Positions 26,573 through 38,292 of a stretch of 64,000 bases of DNA are shown here, piece after piece (the stretch's first letter is position 1; each line of letters begins with the position of its first letter). Source of the DNA: Octopus vulgaris (lineage: Eukaryota). The notes below the pieces were generated by a model. That model worked only from the letters and a program-made list of their open reading frames with translations, had not been told where the DNA came from and did not search any database. Both the position numbers and the translations under genes were made by a program. The stretch lies in NCBI GenBank assembly GCA_951406725.2, contig OX597823.1, positions 68,758,001 to 68,822,000 of the forward strand, written 5' to 3'.

Positions 26573-27249
26573 TACAATATGTTGGGGAAGTTTAGTCCTT
26601 GTAATGCAATGAAAGACTGAACACAAGAACTCAAATTAAGTTGTGGCTAGTTTGCAGCATATGATGGCAAGTAAGCTTAACAGTAGCAAAATCATGACCT
26701 GTAGCATGAGAGACAGTGAATCACATGTTGATAACAATTTACAATAAACCATGAAGTAACATGAATAATTAGTAATGTGTATAATTTATAGTTTAGAGTG
26801 TATTTTTTTTTTTGTTTTTGTATGTGCATGTGTGTGAAATGAGAAAATAGTTGAACAGCAGGAGAAAATTGAAAAATATTTTAACATGAGCTTAAAGGCA
26901 CATTGCCTCCAGCAGTATGAGAAATCTCTAAAGAACGTTAAATTCCAAGGTTTATATAGGCTGACTAAAAGTTTTGAGAATGTTCATTTTCCTATTTAGG
27001 AGCAAAAATTAAAACTTTCTGACATATAAAATCCTGACATAAAAAAATAATTGGCTGGGAAAAGTGTGAGTAGATATTTTGATGAAATTCATTGGAAGAT
27101 TGCATCTAGCTATGGCCAACACTACAAAACATAGTAATGCTAATTGTAAGTAGATTTAACTTTAAACCTGGTTCAAATGCAAAGAAACTCTTTGTTACAG
27201 AACTTTTGCAAGCCATAAACATACATGATTTAACAGTGTTACACAGTAT

Positions 27250-27415
27250 AGGCATAGAAGTGGCCATGGGATAAGTAGCTTGCTTACAAACTGCATGGTT
27301 CCGGGTTCAGTTCCACTGCGTGGCACCTTGGGCAAGTGTCTTCTACTATAGCCTTGGTTCGACCAAAGCCTTGTGAGTGGATTTGGTAGACGGAAACTGA
27401 AAGAAGCCTGTTGTA

Positions 27416-27487
<72 letters not shown>

Positions 27488-27677
27488 TCCCCCACAACAT
27501 CGCTTGACAACCAATGCTGATGTGTTTACGTCCCTGTAACTTAGCGGTTCGGCAAAAGAGACCGATAGAATAAGTACTAGGCTTACAAAGAATAAGTCCT
27601 GGGGTCGATTTGTTTGACTAAAGGTGGTGCTCCAGCATGGCCACAGTCAAATGACTGAAACAAGTAAAAGTAAAAGT
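27250..27677 (+). mobile_element. SINE family A
   Basis: Full-length copy with internal (TA)n(TG)n. Confidence 0.92.
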
Positions 27678-29429
27678 CTGCAGCAAATTCTTTTTTATTC
27701 CTCCTTTAAATATATTTGTAAAAATCAACATCACAGTTTCCAATCTTACATAAGAAATGAAAACCTACCCCATGTATATGACTCTAGCTACCATTCATAA
27801 TGACACAGAGATTGCCAGCTTCTTGAATGTAGTCCTTTATATGCATGGTTGAAAAAGCGGTAAAGGCTTCTAGAGCAGACTTCTCATCCATTACTAAGAG
27901 AAAGAAGCACTCTCAGTGTCTAGTAAGTTATATTCATTTTCATTCAGTAGGTCCAGGCATCAATGACAAATCCAGCATGTTAAGGAGCTGCTGTAGGCCA
28001 TTGCTTAGTAGCTCATAGGAGCATCCATATGTAGCATTAAGAAATCAAGTGGAAGCATTGCATGATGAAAAGGCAGTTCAGCAAAATCCAAGAGAACCAT
28101 GTGATTTCATACAGCATGTGATCTCTCAACTTTCTTGATTTAAACTCCCTGAACTATTGAATCAGGATGGATGTTACTAGCTAGTGGACCCATGGTGCTG
28201 AAACTCATTAAGGTAACTGTCATTGGTCTAGTGGTGCAGGGACTATCAGATGCTGGTACATTTCCATGATTGCCTCAGAACTGTCAACGAGGCTAAGGGT
28301 AGTTTTGTTGAATGGCTTATTACTTTGATGCATCTATTTGAACTTGAGTGCCATTTTTCTGGAAGAATGTTTTTTGTTTGGCATGTTTTACTTTTTTCAT
28401 GTTAAATCCTATACAAGGTGCATCAGGCAACCAAAGACAAAAACATTTATATTTTCAAACTTATCCTATTTTCATCACTAAATCTCACAGATAGCTTTCA
28501 AAATCAATATTTAACATGCTACAATAAGGTTTCTAATGTTAGACCATTTGAAGTATCACAAACAGAATATAATAGAACTTGGTTTCTTTCAAGTAAAAAC
28601 TTCTATTGAAAGAAGTTATAGTTACAAGCTACATATCCACAAACAATAAGAAAATGATCATTTAAGTGGAATTGTCAACAATATTTAAATCATAGATTAT
28701 ACTCAGGCTAAAGTACTTTATTGTGATGCCTTTTTAGTTGAGCTTTTAGTTTGTTGCAAAACATTTTGCTTTATTATAACTTTCAGCTATCCATTACACT
28801 TGCACAAAACTGCTGCATTGATTTCCATGTCTTCAGGTAAATTCCGATATCATATGCAGCTTTTTTTCAAGACTACTTCTTTGAAGAAAAGTTTATTTTC
28901 TATATATTCCTACTGGGCATTATAATCTATAATTTCAGCTATTAACCAATAACTTTCTACTTAGTATGGCCCCCTAAGGAATTTGAATTAAAAGCCATCT
29001 TTGGCAGTAAAAATAAAGCTTCACATGCAACAAGATATTATTACTTGGTATAATGTTGAGCTGTTGAGCACATGTGTAGTATTTTAAAAGGGTTGAGGTT
29101 AGAGAAGGCAAAATTAGGCTGCCATCTCTATGGATATTTAGTTCACGGCAAGCATTTCACAATATAATCTTGGCAGCACATTGAATTTGACATGATTTAG
29201 CTATGAGGAATAGGTTCCAGATTAACTTAAAATTATCTGAGAATAAACCAATAAACTATCAGGAAGTGGTTTATCTCTAATCTATCCAATCTGATGAAAG
29301 AAGAACAAAACACAAAAACTTAAAACTCATCAGCACTTAGATATTTACATAATTAGGAAGGTACATGCAAAATAAAATCTAAAATTAACCTGAAATGGAG
29401 TCATCACAGAGCTGACAGCTTCAAAAAGA

Positions 29430-29892
29430 AGTGCTGATCTCTCAAAATGGATGGAACATACAGAAGTAGGAGACCCAGAAATACATGGGAGGAAGTATTG
29501 AAGAATCACCTAAGGAAGCTGAACCTTTGAGGTGAGATAACAAAGGACTGAGATACCTGGCACCTTACCATATTCAAGAAGACCCATACTCCACAGCAGA
29601 AGTATTAAGACCAATCTTTCCAGTGGTGTAAAGCACTCCTGGTAGTGCCACGTAAAAATACCTGTGTGGTGCCATGTAAAAGTGCCTATGTGGTGACATG
29701 TAAAAGCATCCATGTGGTACCACATAAAAGCACTCAGTACACTTTATAAATGGGTTGGCATTAGGAAGGGAATCCTGCCATAGAAACCATGACAAATCAG
29801 ACTGGAGTCTGATGCAGCCTTCCAGTTTGCCAGCTCTGGTCACACCATCCGACATTTAACATGGAAAACATATGTTAAATGATGATGATGAG
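29430..29892 (+). mobile_element. RTE LINE 3' end (ORF C-terminus plus family C 3' UTR)
   Basis: Reads R-S-R-R-P-R-N-T-W-E-E-V-L-K (GRPRKTW-like) at ~29462-29503 and runs into the family C sequence and (GAT)n tail, linking family C to the LINE 3' UTR. Confidence 0.7.
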
Positions 29893-29953
29893 GGTAATTT
29901 TTAAATCAGTACATATTAATATTATTGTTCAGTATGTGATGCATTTTATACAT

Positions 29954-30391
29954 TGTTACATCCGGTCCAGATAATAGAAGACCCAAATTTCCTAGTTTAT
30001 CTCTTGATTCTTCCTGATATTTTTTTCAACTGCTACTAAGTTTTCTCCAACTAATTTATCCACATATGTATTAAAGCAGTCTTTTGCCACTGTTGTGTCT
30101 GTCTTTGGACGATGGTTGTCACTCTCACAGATATTGTTATATTCTGAAGTTGTCGACAGAATGGCTCTGTCTGGCACTGTATGACCCCCGCCAATCAGTA
30201 TCACAGTATAATTATTATATCAGCACAAACACAACTATCAACACAGTCTACACATACTCTCAACCTTCTGACCCCTTACTGTTGAGCAACTATTGGTCTA
30301 CACATAATGGGTGGCTACTACCACTTTTTACTGGGAGGGGTGCACAGTTTCACTATACAACATGTCATCTATGTGATCTGAAATGGTAACA
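29954..30391. mobile_element. Possible solo LTR
   Basis: 438 bp bounded by TGTTAC...GTAACA inverted termini, more GC-rich than its flanks; no clear TSD. Confidence 0.35.
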
Positions 30392-31949
30392 ATTTTGGCA
30401 TCCTTATGTTTTATATCTAAAAGAGACTTGGAAAGTTTTGAAGAAAAGTGTAGTGGATCTCAAATTCCTTGAAAAGACATTACTGTTGTATAATTTCATT
30501 GAAACAGATGCATTGTACATAGAAAATATATATTGGCTCTTGTCAGCTGGATATAGTTAGGGTTCATATATCAACCATCAAGTAACATAAGGTGCAATCA
30601 GCTTTATACTACTGAGGAAATCCTCTACTAAAAGTTATATGTTTGACAATCATCAGAATTATTTGACAAGACAATGACATTTATAAAAAAATGCCCCTAA
30701 CTTAGAGTATAAAATATATCTTTTGTGTTTTCTTATATGGATTTATTTAAAACGTATTCAAAATGTATTCAAAATACAGATGAGTTCAGCTAAGGTCATA
30801 AATTTAAACATTGAACAATATAAAATAATATTTCCATTTCATGGAAGCTCCCTAGAGTAGAATTATATATTGAATTATATGCCAATCAATTCCAACAACT
30901 TGTCCAAATATCTTAAGTGTACAAGATATTCATTGTCTGCTTGCATAAATGAAATTAATGCAAGCTACTAATATTTGATTTAGAAAATAACCAGAAAATA
31001 GTTCCAGAAATGTACTTTGCGTTATTTAATCCCTTACAAACCACCAAGGCAAACAATAGCCATTGAAATATAAAATGAGAATGGTAATTTATGAGTAGAC
31101 TTGCATAAGAAATGAGTATAACAAATTAATAGATGACAAACGAATTTTCTTTAGAATTTTTATTTAAATATGAAGAGTAGAACTGTATGCTCTCTAGAAT
31201 CGTGAATTTTCATAAATATTAAAAATGATTTTTTTTTACAATAGAAAATAGAGAAAGAATTTTAATGATTTTGAAATTTTCCTAGAAAAGTTTATAATTT
31301 TAAAAAATTTATTGGTTACAATTATCTCTTACAGTAACTGATTAAAGTCTTATGATTTCATATCATCTGACTGACAAATGTCTATGAAAAAATGCTTTTG
31401 TGAAAGATGCCAAATGATATTTTTAAAGTGCATCAGTGAAAGGAGGAATTGAAACTTTCTCATTAATTATTTTAAACACTTTTAAATTAGTTTAATTTAT
31501 TTCAGTCAGAATCAAAGCTTACAGCTACACAGAATCATTCATAGACTGTGAAATACTAAACTGTTGTTTCTTTTATCTGTACATTGCATCAAACATTTTA
31601 ACCAAGTTTTATTGATCAAATGTTTTGTTGTCAAGCAAAGATTAAGAATAGAATTTTTAAGAATACAAAACAACTAAATTCATTGATCAATAGTTAGTTT
31701 GCCATTTACACACAAACACACATTGCTGTAAGCCCTGTTACAAGCTGAATTAAACTAAATAAGTCAAAGCTTTGTGCTAGTAAACTGCTTCATTTAAATG
31801 ATTTATATTGCAAGAGGAAATTCTGTTCAGGAGCATAGAATTGTAGATTTTTAAAGATAGGACTAAAATGGCTTCAACAAAGGTAAATCAACACTACCTG
31901 CCATTAGAAGCATTATAAAAGGGCTCAGAAACTCCAAACAAAAGGCATT

Positions 31950-32830
31950 ATTCATGTTTGCGGATTTTTCAAAAATATCTGGTAGTGTTAATAGAAACAT
32001 CATGTTACATATCTTGCTGAACTATTGTATCCCACATGAGATATTCAGAACCAACACCACCATGTACAAATACCAATTAAGCTATGTGCAAATCACAGAT
32101 GTTCCAAGCAAAGAGTTTCCAACATCAGGAATTATTCAGAATATGTTAGCTTTTTTGCTCTTTGTGACTGTAGTAGAATACATCCTTAGGTTTCACCCCA
32201 TCCAAGAGAAAAGACAAAAGCCTCACCATAAAGGAGAAGCACTCTAGACATCAGTAGAGTGTATCTTTCTGACCTTAACTATGCTAAATATTTTGCTATC
32301 ACAAGTTTATCAATTCTGCAATGCACAAAGTTTGTTAATATACTTCGAGAATGCTACAACCAAAGTTGGTCTGTTTCTCAATGCAGTACATTCTGAATAC
32401 ATGTACATCAATGTAGATGAAAGCCACCTGTCATCTTGTTCCAACAGAACACAAAGAGATTAGTGACTTCAAATACCTTGAAGTCAGTGACATCAAGTAC
32501 TTCATGGTTGACAATTAGAAAGACTTTCAAATTGCTTAGTATATGCATTGATATTGCATAAATGTGTTTATAATAGCTTTGCATAAGTGTTGCTGATATT
32601 TGCAATTTATAAATTTATAAGTTCCTTCTAACAGAACTAAAAGAATATACACTTAGTATTGAGTCAATAAATCCTGGAGTGTATGCAACAAGTTTCAAAA
32701 CATCTGGCCAGCCTTCTTCAGGGCATGTGTAGAGAGTATTCAATGAAACTGAATGACTATCCAAGCAGATCTATGGGTTGAAGAGTTGTCCCCTGAGTTG
32801 TACAGAGGCATCATCTATCAGGAATAGCAG
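31950..32830 (+). mobile_element. Degenerate RTE/RTE-X-like LINE reverse transcriptase fragment
   Basis: FADFSKISGSVNR..ILLNYCIP (RT motif FxDFSKAFDS), AQSLL..E.ATTKVGL.LN..SEYM, SDFKYL, then WSVCNKFQNIW and FFRACVESI after a local insertion. Confidence 0.75.
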
Positions 32831-33385
32831 CGAGTCACCAACAAATGGTAGATGCAGTGAAATATTGTAATAGTGTACATCCCCATGTTGCTGCTACTGC
32901 TGCTTCTATGATTACATTTTTTGGTTTAACAGACCCTCTCAGTGAAGTGTAGTCTCTTCTGTAAAGCAAGACTGGTGATAAGAGAATCATTATTTGGATA
33001 TGCAACATCACAGTTGATGTGATATCATAACATAATGACTAAAGCAAATAACCTTGGTACGCCATCTTCACAAATGTAGTACATACACAAAAATTTGGCA
33101 AGCCCTTACTAACCAACATGTGACAACCACTAGGTTGCTGGTACATGGTATGTCCATTTTATAATGACTGCATTGATTGTATGTCACTTGAACAAGAAAG
33201 ATTTGTACCATCACATTTAATTCTTCTGTCTTTCATTTTCGTTATTCGAAATGTGCCATATTTACCAAATCTCATTATAAAGTTTTCTCAAACAACCCAC
33301 TCTAAAACTGCAACCAACTAGAACTCTTCATACCAAGCTTTTCCTCGTAGAATTTCATTTTGAACATCGATCACAATGAACTTAC

Positions 33386-33425
33386 CAGTCCACAGAGTCT
33401 ACAAGCACTGCTTCTCTTTTGTCAC
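33386..33425 (-). CDS. Candidate 40-nt exon (DKREAVLVDSVD in one frame, VTKEKQCL* in another)
   Basis: Acceptor tgttatctag and consensus donor TG|gtaagt. Confidence 0.3.
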
Positions 33426-35407
33426 CTAGATAACATTTAAAAAAATGTTCTCTAAAATCAAACATGAATTTTGTTATAACTTCATATTTTTGAGTTTAAA
33501 AGTAGCTGAATTCAAATTGAAAAATTATTGCTGTTGATGAGGATAAAGATAACAACATTGAGAAAGTTTGAATGTTATCATTCCCTAATGACAACACTAC
33601 TTAATTTGCTGAATATTTGCTATTAAAAGTAGAAGGTGTTAAGAGGAATACTGTACTGACCACATACTCATCTCATTTGCAGCATATTTAGATAATAATG
33701 GCAAGTAGAAGCAGATTGCATTGCCATAGAGGAAGTGATAGAAGATAAGGACAACCATAATATAAATGGAATTAAAGGATATATAAAAAAAAGACATTGT
33801 TACACATTTTCAATGTGTTACATTCAACAGAATTTCTCTAGTCCTAAATTTCTTTAAACTAAGTGAAAGGAAGATAAGAGAAATATTTACTGATTGTTTG
33901 TAGAAATTAAATTTGAAATTAAAATCTTTCATCTTTGCATGCATTTAATAGCTTTCAAATTACTTAGTATATGCATTGATATTGCATAAATGTGTTTATA
34001 ATAGCTTTGCATAAGTGTTGCTGATATTTCCAAAAGTGTGTTTATATATGAGAAAACCAGTGGGAATATGCATGTGAGTATAAGCACACTAAGTTACACT
34101 TAAAAATATGTAATAATGACATGGGAACAATTGCTTTTTTCAATGTTTGTATTTTCATTTCTCACACTTTAATTTATGTCTAATCACTTCAAAGAGTTAT
34201 CCTTAAATATATAACGTACACATACATGTTTTCCTGTGAGCTTTAAGTTACTTTCAGAATTCAAGTTAGTTTCAAACCGATCAATGTATGATTTTATGAA
34301 TGTATGCATTTGTGTGTGTGGGGGGATGGGGGGATGGGGTGATTCTGTAGAATTAATGTTTTGTTCTTTTTAACAAATGGCTTCACATCCCTCCAAGTAA
34401 TTTAATATTTGCTAATCTTGTTTTAAATATTTTTTGTATCTCTATTTTTCATGTAGCAAATGCAGAAAGCTGGCTTCAGTGCCAGAAGCCTAAGTCTACT
34501 TATGTAATCATTTTTTTATTTTCTGAATTCTTGAAATTTTGACATATACCAAGTAGCCTTCTTGCTATTCATTCAGGCTCTTATAAATTTTGCAAATCCT
34601 AATCAATTGGTAACTATTTCACCTCTTATCTGAAATATGGGTGTCAATAAATAAGGTCAATTATCAATGTTTGTCTCAATACAAAAGAATGACACAAATC
34701 AGAAAATTATAATTAGAACCTATTGTTTACTTGATTGGCAAAATTTCTTTGAACTGCTGTATTATATTCGTGTAAAAAAACAGTACTTTTTGACCTAATT
34801 TCTGTTTTATCAGATTTTATCCCAATATAAAATTGATTGATCACAACTAATATGGAATCAAAATAAAATTCCTTGCATTAAACAGAATTAAAGGAAAAGG
34901 AGGTATGGAAACTGTGTCAAACAGTTTATCTTGTTTTCTTTTTTAATCTATATCTCAAAATCCATTTCTTGATTGGTATCTGGAATTTGAAATATTTTCT
35001 TGAAATCTAGGATCTAGACTAACCTATGATTGAAAACCAAGCAAACCTTGGTAATGTGCCACATAGCTTTTATATTCAGTTACAATGTATGTATGAAATC
35101 TATTGTAACAAATCATAGGTTTTAAAATTAAATTTATAAGTTCCTTCTAACATAACTAAAAGAATATACATTTAGTATTGAGTCAATAAATCTCATTTAG
35201 TTATTACTGTTATCTTTCAGTCTAGGAGAACCTGATTAGACTATCATCATTGAACACAGCATTACTTCAAACAAAGTGAGAAAAAACATATTTTATTACC
35301 TAAAGAAAATTTGGTTTGAGTATTTTCATTATTATTTATAAAATAAACTGTTTCACAACTGGCTCTTTAGCAATAATTATGAATCTTATACAATTTGAAA
35401 TTTGCTA

Positions 35408-35804
35408 TACTCTTTATTCTTTTATTTGTTTCCAGTCATCTGACTGTGGCCATGCTGGAACACCGCATTTAGTTGAGCAAATCAACCCCAGGACTTATTA
35501 TTTGTAAGCCTAGTACTTATTCCATTGGTCTTTTTTGCTGAACCGCTAAGTTACAGGGATGTAAACACACCAGCATCGGTTGTCAAGCGATGTTGGAGGA
35601 ACAAACACAAACACACACACACACATTTATATGTATACACATATATACAATGGGCTTCTTTCAGTTTCCATCTACCAAATCCACTCACGAAGCTTTGGTC
35701 AGCTATAGTAGAAGACACTTGCCCAAGGTGCCACGCAGTGGGACTGAACCGGAAACCATGTGGTTGGTAAGCAAGTTACTTACCACACAGCCACTCCTAT
35801 GCTT
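35408..35804 (-). mobile_element. SINE family A
   Basis: Near-full reverse-complement copy. Confidence 0.92.
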
Positions 35805-35809
35805 ATAAC

Positions 35810-35843
35810 AAAAATATGGAACACTTCACAAATTTGCGTGTCA
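35810..35843 (-). pseudogene. U6: U6 snRNA 3'-terminal fragment (retrocopy)
   Basis: Minus strand TGACACGCAAATTTGTGAAGTGTTCCATATTTTT versus the metazoan U6 3' end TGACACGCAAATTCGTGAAGCGTTCCATATTTTT: 32/34 identical, both differences CpG>TpG. Confidence 0.9.
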
Positions 35844-37999
35844 GTAATGGCATGTACTCTTGTAGTTAGGGTGCTGGGCTCATGATTATAAAGTCATATG
35901 TTTCAGTTCCTGTACTGGGTGGCACATTGTGTCCTTCATCAAGATACTTCATTTCATATTACTCCCATCTACTCAGCTGAAAATGAGTACCAGCCTAGTA
36001 CTGGCACAGTCCTGTTCGCTACCCTGGCTTTCGCACCCTGGATGTTCTGGTGGGCTAAAGATGAGAAGACCAAGAAGGTGTCTGCTCACAATTACATAGG
36101 TAATACCTAAAACTAATAGCAAAAACATAATACATGCTACCAAGTCATACTCACTTGAAAGTGACAAAATGCATGCTGTTGTATTTACAATTACTGTTTC
36201 CTCACATCTAATTTCAACCTTTATATGTAATCCTCCGTACATGTCTTGAACAATTAAGAGACATTTTGATATTTTTTATTGGTTTTTGTGTGAAGGAAGT
36301 TCTAAGTTGATAGCTATAGGAATAACTTTACAGAGAAATAATTATATTGAGAAAGAATTTCAAGGGAGCAACAGTTTGAAAGGAAGGACTGTGTGTAGTG
36401 GTGAATCTATGACTTATTAGGTTGGATACAATAAGGATGACAGAAGTGGGAGATAAATGAGTTGAGAGTGTATGAGAAAAAGTGGTATGAGACCAGTTAT
36501 ATCCAAGGAGCAGAGTCCTCAGTAGTTGTGATAGAAAAAGTAGAAAGGTGAGACAACATGTATGTTAACCAAAGTTTGAAATGTATTGGTGGATGACTTC
36601 GTGCTTATCAGTTAGTCTTTCTACAGTTGTGGTCTAGGATTTTTATGAGTATGTGTGAGTGGTAGCAGCACCATCCTACCTGAGGGTGGGGTATTCCATT
36701 GAGAGTATCACCTGAGCTTTATTGAAAGTTATTAGTTGTTGAAACTGAAGTTGCCATTTCCCATCACAAACCAAATTTAAGAATAAAACGTTGTTTACAC
36801 TGCTAACATCATAATAAACTTAATTTTATCTATGAAATTCTAATTACATCATAATTCCATTAAGCAAGTTACGTACTCTGACCTAGTCTATTCACTTCTT
36901 TAGTAATACATTTTAACTACATACTATGCTCAACATAGGTTAGTAATTGGTTCCAAGACGTAACTTAACTGGAAAAATGACATTACATGGAAAAGAAAAC
37001 ATTTTAAAAAATTTGTTAGTGTATATTTGTTTTAATTAAGGGTTTGAACATATTTTCACATGTAATATATTTGATTTTTTCATTTCAGCATTGGTTTTTA
37101 AGTGATCTTTAATTTTATGCTTTTAAATATGATTGGCAAAACCAATGTAAAATCAAGATAAATCAACTGAAATTCAAGTCCTCATTTTTTTCCATTAACT
37201 TCTTTAAAACAAAACACAAAAATAAAACGTCATAGTAGATAAAGATGTTACTCGAAATAATATAAGCTGAGGTATACCTGTCTTGAGAGTTTCAGAACTT
37301 GGTTATTTTTGTTTTTAACAGCCTATTGTACATGAACCATAATGTTCTATCTTCATCATATAATATTTCATGTAATGTCACTTGTTAACAGCATCATTAT
37401 CTTATTCTTATTGAGGTAAATGGCATTTTTTCAAAAATATCTAAGTGCACTTCAGTTATTCCAGTTTTGTCTTCCTATTTATTTCTTGAGCTGAGAATGC
37501 ATGCAGTATTTCATACAAGCAATCAATGTTTATTTTCCCTTTATTCACATTTAGCAGCTATGAATTACCCTTTATTATCGTTAGTAAATGAAGTGTTGAT
37601 GAAGCTAACTTGCTGTTGTAATGTTTCCATTATACTCAAAGTGGTTCAGTTTCATGAGATTAATCAAATAAGAGATAAACACCCAACAATATTTATCCAA
37701 GAGAAATAATATCTGAAGAGGATTATGTGTGTATTTTGAATAGCTAAATGAAATGAGGCACTCAAGATTTAGAATAATATACTGTGTACACATAAATGGG
37801 ATTAGGAAATTTGCTATGAAACCATGTGATTCTAGGTTCAATTCCACTGCACAACACTGTAGACAAGTCTCTTCCACCATAACCTTAGGTTAACAAAAGC
37901 CTTGTACCATCTGAATGAAATTTGACTAACACATGAACACACACACATATCAAGGTCACCAGCCTCCATCCACATGCACATACACACTTTCACATACAC

Positions 38000-38290
38000 A
38001 AGCACACGCACCTTCGTTTTGGGATCACCACTACTTTATTATCTCCCTTCTTCCTAGCTCTCCTGTGTGACCCCTCTGTGTGGCATTTGCTATGATAGAT
38101 CGCTAGCCACTAAATCTTTTTTATTTTCTCTCCCTGTTTATTTCTGTGTTCCTTTCTGTTGAAGAGCATAGGCTCAAAACATGAAAGACTTTCTCACTTT
38201 CTGAGCATTAAACTAATACATCTGTTTGTTGTTTACACACCCATCTTTGTCTTTTGTTTTTTTTTGTAAATTCTCACTATATATTTATAT
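38000..38290 (+). mobile_element. Possible Penelope-like pLTR remnant with a decayed minimal hammerhead core
   Basis: TTGAAGAGCATAGGCTCAAAAC at 38159-38180 resembles CUGANGA-stem II-GAAAC; the element ends in (TA)n. Confidence 0.35.
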
Positions 38291-38292
38291 AT

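Noticed and set aside
30330-30378. Terminal-exon-like HIDDMLYSETVHPSQ*
   Set aside because: Lies inside the putative solo LTR and fits only the less favoured reading phase.
31523-31545. 23-nt minus-strand AG...GTAAG microexon
   Set aside because: Stop codon in every frame.
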